NCBI GenBank assembly: GCA_013166775.1
Contig: JABLTJ010000004.1
Location: 96,001-160,000 of the forward strand
Source: Promethearchaeati archaeon
GTDB taxonomy: Archaea > Asgardarchaeota > Heimdallarchaeia > Heimdallarchaeales > Heimdallarchaeaceae
Direction: 5' to 3'
DNA length: 64,000 nucleotides
The notes under the pieces are model-generated. The model had not been told where the DNA came from, did no database searches, and worked only from the letters and a program-made list of their open reading frames with translations. Below are positions 61,301 to 64,000 of this stretch, piece after piece. The translations under genes were made by a program, and so were the position numbers. The first letter of the stretch is position 1, and every line of letters begins with the position of its first letter.

Positions 61301-62717
61301 TGGCTACATTATGAAGAGAAATCAAAGGAGAATTAGCATCAATTCCAAAATAGTAGTAATAGTACTCAATTTTGAATGTATCATTTAAACAAATAGATAG
61401 ATTGTGATATCCTTCATCTATGGGAACAGAGAGATTATGACCTGACAGAGTAAGTAACTCTATTAAGGTCCCATTATCATCCCATTCGCATAAAATACTA
61501 TTAGCTCCAAATGCAGTAAAATCTAAAATTGAAGCAGAATGTAAGAACGTATTATTATCTGCATTGTTTAGTATTAGAGAACTTTCTGTGGGGTCATAAC
61601 CAATGTCATATACTTCAATAGCTGTATTATTATAATCATCATTTGCTCTCACCTCAAGATAGTGCCATCCTTCTGTGGTTGGTAAGTCTGTATTAGTTTC
61701 AGATGTAAAACTCGTATAATTATCTAAATTCCATCTGTAAGAACTAGATACAGCTCCAGTTACAGAGATTTGAATGTTTTTTTCTTCATAGTAATAAGTT
61801 GAATTTGTAATACCAGTTACTATAATTTCAGGATAAGTCGCACTTTTAAAATAAATCTGCATCCCTAGAATTTCGTTATATCCTCCAAAAGTGTAACTAT
61901 TACTATATTCTCCATCACTTATGACCCAATCATAAGTTCCAGCACCTTTACGTGAGGAACTGAGCTGTACCTCACCCTGAGCATCTATATCATTAACTTT
62001 GGCTTGAAAAGTTAATTTTAGTCTATTACCAGCAGGAATAATATAAATATCATTTAGTATTAACTCAAACACTTTCTGATTAGCAGAATTCATATTATCT
62101 GGGAGAATTTCTTCGTGAGAAGCTATTTCTGTAATATTTCCATTACTAGGATCAAAAATTGATACATTCACTTTAAGAATGATTGTAATAGAATCAAAAT
62201 AGGAAGTATCAAAATGGGATACAACATGAATTTTACCTTTAATATTTGTAGCTTCTTCAAAAGCAGGAGTAAACATACTTGATATTGTATATGGAGAATT
62301 TTCTTCTTTTAGTGGATAATAAACATCAACTTGATCTGGCCAGGTCTGACTCACTGTGTAATCCATTTTGAAGTATTTAGAGGTTGCAGAAGAAGCTTTA
62401 TTTTTCATATCATCATAATCTTTTAAAACATAAACACTTCCATCAGCATCAAGACTAATAAATTCGTTATGGGTAAAAAAACCTCCTTTTACATAGTCTC
62501 CTTCAATAATAGTACTTGATAATACCTCTGGAGGTTTTTTTTCAAACCCATATTTTATTAATGGAGTTTCACCTATAAAATTCTGCGAATCGAGTTCTAC
62601 TTCTTTCTTCAAGTTCGATTCTTCTAAATCTGGTATAACCAGTTCATAGTAGACCATTGAATTGATAAAGAATAAAATACACACAAACGCAATAATAGAG
62701 TTGAGATTCCTTTGCAC
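58362..62717 (-). CDS. large single-pass surface protein with Ig-like repeats and cytoplasmic longin/uDENN (folliculin-like) domain
   Basis: Signal peptide; repeated Y.WD...G.H.L.I...D..GN...F.ID...P units; TM near 58915-58985; tail with SIFNQRTGP and KARGGFENLSIII. Confidence 0.8.
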   Translation of the reverse strand: MQRNLNSIIAFVCILFFINSMVYYELVIPDLEESNLKKEVELDSQNFIGETPLIKYGFEKKPPEVLSSTIIEGDYVKGGFFTHNEFISLDADGSVYVLKDYDDMKNKASSATSKYFKMDYTVSQTWPDQVDVYYPLKEENSPYTISSMFTPAFEEATNIKGKIHVVSHFDTSYFDSITIILKVNVSIFDPSNGNITEIASHEEILPDNMNSANQKVFELILNDIYIIPAGNRLKLTFQAKVNDIDAQGEVQLSSSRKGAGTYDWVISDGEYSNSYTFGGYNEILGMQIYFKSATYPEIIVTGITNSTYYYEEKNIQISVTGAVSSSYRWNLDNYTSFTSETNTDLPTTEGWHYLEVRANDDYNNTAIEVYDIGYDPTESSLILNNADNNTFLHSASILDFTAFGANSILCEWDDNGTLIELLTLSGHNLSVPIDEGYHNLSICLNDTFKIEYYYYYFGIDANSPLISLHNVANDTKQAAGKLIEVIITDFSTNLEINYKWNDNIFLPWTPSVDTIYQTYLPETEGFNNLTVTAEDIFGHFILQMFRFNVSSETLLVELRTMQDESWYQGGDIVEVTISGTNGTVLFKWDDGIFNDGIPFLVSQILTLDGIHTLPSDISFYHYLTILVGDIDNKEHMFVYEFRIDTENPVIDSSILIYNNERFKNTEDLIFILSDNATEIPELIVLISIDGSSNITLNDPYLLDLSPFLDGLHNFTLYVFDIAGNSVSQFIEFYIDSSAPVIIVESIEGLVTLPDASMYVPYGSTIVISATDDDPIFILTYSWDGSLYQIFTDTINLDYSDGEGLLIINGSDSIGNQLELSYILTIDSQAPEITLTFPFEYSSINDYTSLLFNADDISQKSIDLVKYYWDARPETSLEIILDSNGDFDVILLAPYSTGDIATLAIYTEDVVGNNNTYFFNFEVDFTPPDSTLYIFDEDLGEYVDALDYDYITISTELWYDNTTSSDLSIFIYYWNDENGQILNDPWLIESPAQIGLHNLTIILRDCTGEETSPNEIEVVFSFTIKKEGSLTILKTSENSCVYGENITIDVNLKDESMNDLNIIEISVNGTSMSFRNIADYDYQFDFPSSQVNCKGHFTLQIGVQSDFYFGSTNENLSFEITIEPIPLKLALSVSNLEIVEGSTVAITGILTYIDGSPVVGYEINFIIYIFYKSDQSTVEAAREDFNDYTMLNDTTGSDGRAIVDFLLTENVSSIAISASFQGSDILGFVSFDFEEEVKTIKAGLSPVFLYSIIGGSIFLLVLVSLLIYFSTKRKPFEKYLNKIPSQDLMMKLNEICPGVILSIFNQRTGPVPLLSDHSFSYDYAGRFALETENFLLKLCDQAYSTLGFEDIHQGRKTSALNLPNEGLVGFVHAIQLENKKARGGFENLSIIIITQADYGTLLLTYSEYIFQEIDELISSLEVKKSADEIKEQILKIRRRATHVILAAIEETN

Positions 62718-62940
62718 GATAGCATCATCCGGATAGTGAGTGAACCCTTTGTTATTGAATCTAATTCAAGTGTTCGACATAATGAACACCCCATTATACA
62801 TTATAAACCATAGTAAATATGCAAGCATATAACTTTACATTTAATTCTTAAGCCTTATCTGAAAGAAATAGAAGAATCCTGAGCAAATTAAATTTTGAAA
62901 AAGAAGTGATGATTTACTTTCAATTCTACATTGTACAATC

Positions 62941-63693
62941 TTACAATTTATTAAACTCAATAGAATTTACTTTAAATCGCACATATTGAAAATCTTCTTG
63001 AGGAAGATTCCATTCTGCGATGAAATAGGTAGGAATTCTAAATCCATCGAAATCTTTGTAATCAGAAAAGTTACCAGTCCACTTAGTTGGTTTTGGTCCC
63101 TCTTTAGTATCTCGAGCTCTAGTGGATTCATACTTGATAATTTCCCCAAGATTATTGAAAGTAAAAACACCTTCAGCTTTGACTCCCCTATCTCGTATAT
63201 TTATCTTTACAGAGGAAGAATCGATTTCTTCCCACGAAATGAATTTTGCAGTCAAAAAAACACTCGGAAATAATGGTGCTTCTGAAACGTATCTCATTAA
63301 TGAAGCTTCATCCATCTCTGGTCCTACACTCTTTCCTAAAGGAATAATTCCATTGAGTCTAATCTTCATTTCTCCTTTTCCTCGAAAATAGAAATCTCTA
63401 GCAGATATGGCTAAAATTGGAAGTGGTTTAATTATTCCTCTCCAAATGAAAGCAGGTTCATAAGCTAAGTAGTGATATTCACCTTTAATAGAGAACCATG
63501 GTTGATCAGGAGATGTTCTGAATTCCCCACCATGTTTGAGATTAGCATAATAGATTGCTTCCCTACCTTCTTCTAAAGAATTTCTAAGATAATATTGAAC
63601 TATTTTAGGATAATTAGATAAATCCCTTAGAGAGAGTACAATCTTTTCTTTTTGTGAATCTAATGCTGCTTGTTGAAGTATTACATTTTTCAT
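62941..63693 (-). CDS. DUF6544-like conserved protein
   Basis: LP..VQ.Y-like start, P.FIW, RD.Y..GKG.M, RY.SE...P, WE.ID, GF.IP and W.L motifs. Confidence 0.7.
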   Translation of the reverse strand: MKNVILQQAALDSQKEKIVLSLRDLSNYPKIVQYYLRNSLEEGREAIYYANLKHGGEFRTSPDQPWFSIKGEYHYLAYEPAFIWRGIIKPLPILAISARDFYFRGKGEMKIRLNGIIPLGKSVGPEMDEASLMRYVSEAPLFPSVFLTAKFISWEEIDSSSVKINIRDRGVKAEGVFTFNNLGEIIKYESTRARDTKEGPKPTKWTGNFSDYKDFDGFRIPTYFIAEWNLPQEDFQYVRFKVNSIEFNKL

Positions 63694-63793
63694 TAAATTA
63701 AATTAAAGTATAGTATTGAAAAATTTTTTTCAAATCATCAGTTTTATATATAGAACAAATTTCGTAAAAATAAGCTTAGGAGCAAAGACAAAA

Positions 63794-64000
63794 ATGTTCA
63801 GATTACTAAAATACTCAAAACCTTATCTTTTGATGATTCTGTTTTCTATTGGTTTGTTATTTGCTCAAGCAAATTTGGAACTTGCGTTGCCCGATTATCT
63901 TTCAAATATTGTTGATACTGGAATTCAGCAAGGAGGTGTGGAAAGCAGTGTACCTATTGTCATTCGAGAAATAGAAATGGATAGACTCTTGCTTTTTACA
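63794..64000 (+). CDS. ABC transporter permease/ATP-binding protein (MdlB-like), 3'-truncated
   Basis: MFRLLKYSKPY...ELALPDYLSNIVDTGIQQGG; frame open to the window end. Confidence 0.8.
   Translation, partial: MFRLLKYSKPYLLMILFSIGLLFAQANLELALPDYLSNIVDTGIQQGGVESSVPIVIREIEMDRLLLFT

Noticed and set aside
1-64000. CRISPR arrays, tRNA/rRNA genes, transposases, integrases
   Set aside because: No regularly spaced repeats, cloverleaf-like GC-rich segments or recombinase motifs were seen by eye

Overview
AT-rich, gene-dense archaeal chromosome segment, most likely an Asgard archaeon (Heimdallarchaeia-like). Evidence: archaeal core genes (GluRS, RadA, DGGGP synthase, Alba, Topo VI A/B, DRG GTPase) together with many eukaryotic-signature proteins (two Rab-like GTPases, a Rag-like GTPase, a membrane RING protein, HEAT repeats, tubulin/FtsZ-family genes). 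No rRNA, tRNA, CRISPR array or transposase was recognised. Main observations: (1) a Topo VI operon whose B subunit is 4170 aa, with an intact GHKL/transducer core followed by roughly 50-60 HhH-like repeats and a basic tail with a PIP-like motif, and whose A subunit has an N-terminal ubiquitin-like domain; (2) a 1451-aa single-pass surface protein with a cytoplasmic folliculin-like longin domain that keeps the ARG arginine-finger motif, directly upstream of a Rag-like GTPase; (3) a CD36/SR-B-like two-TM protein with an inserted LVIVD propeller; (4) an intact tubulin-family gene and a GTP-motif-degenerate paralogue flanking a membrane protein; (5) a CAAX-protease/Rab/HEAT operon. The 49-57 kb region looks like a turnover zone, with nonsense-interrupted genes, gene remnants and a 29-bp palindrome-containing direct repeat around a higher-GC hydrolase gene. 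All family calls come from motif recognition by eye, and reference motifs are recalled from memory. No searches were run.
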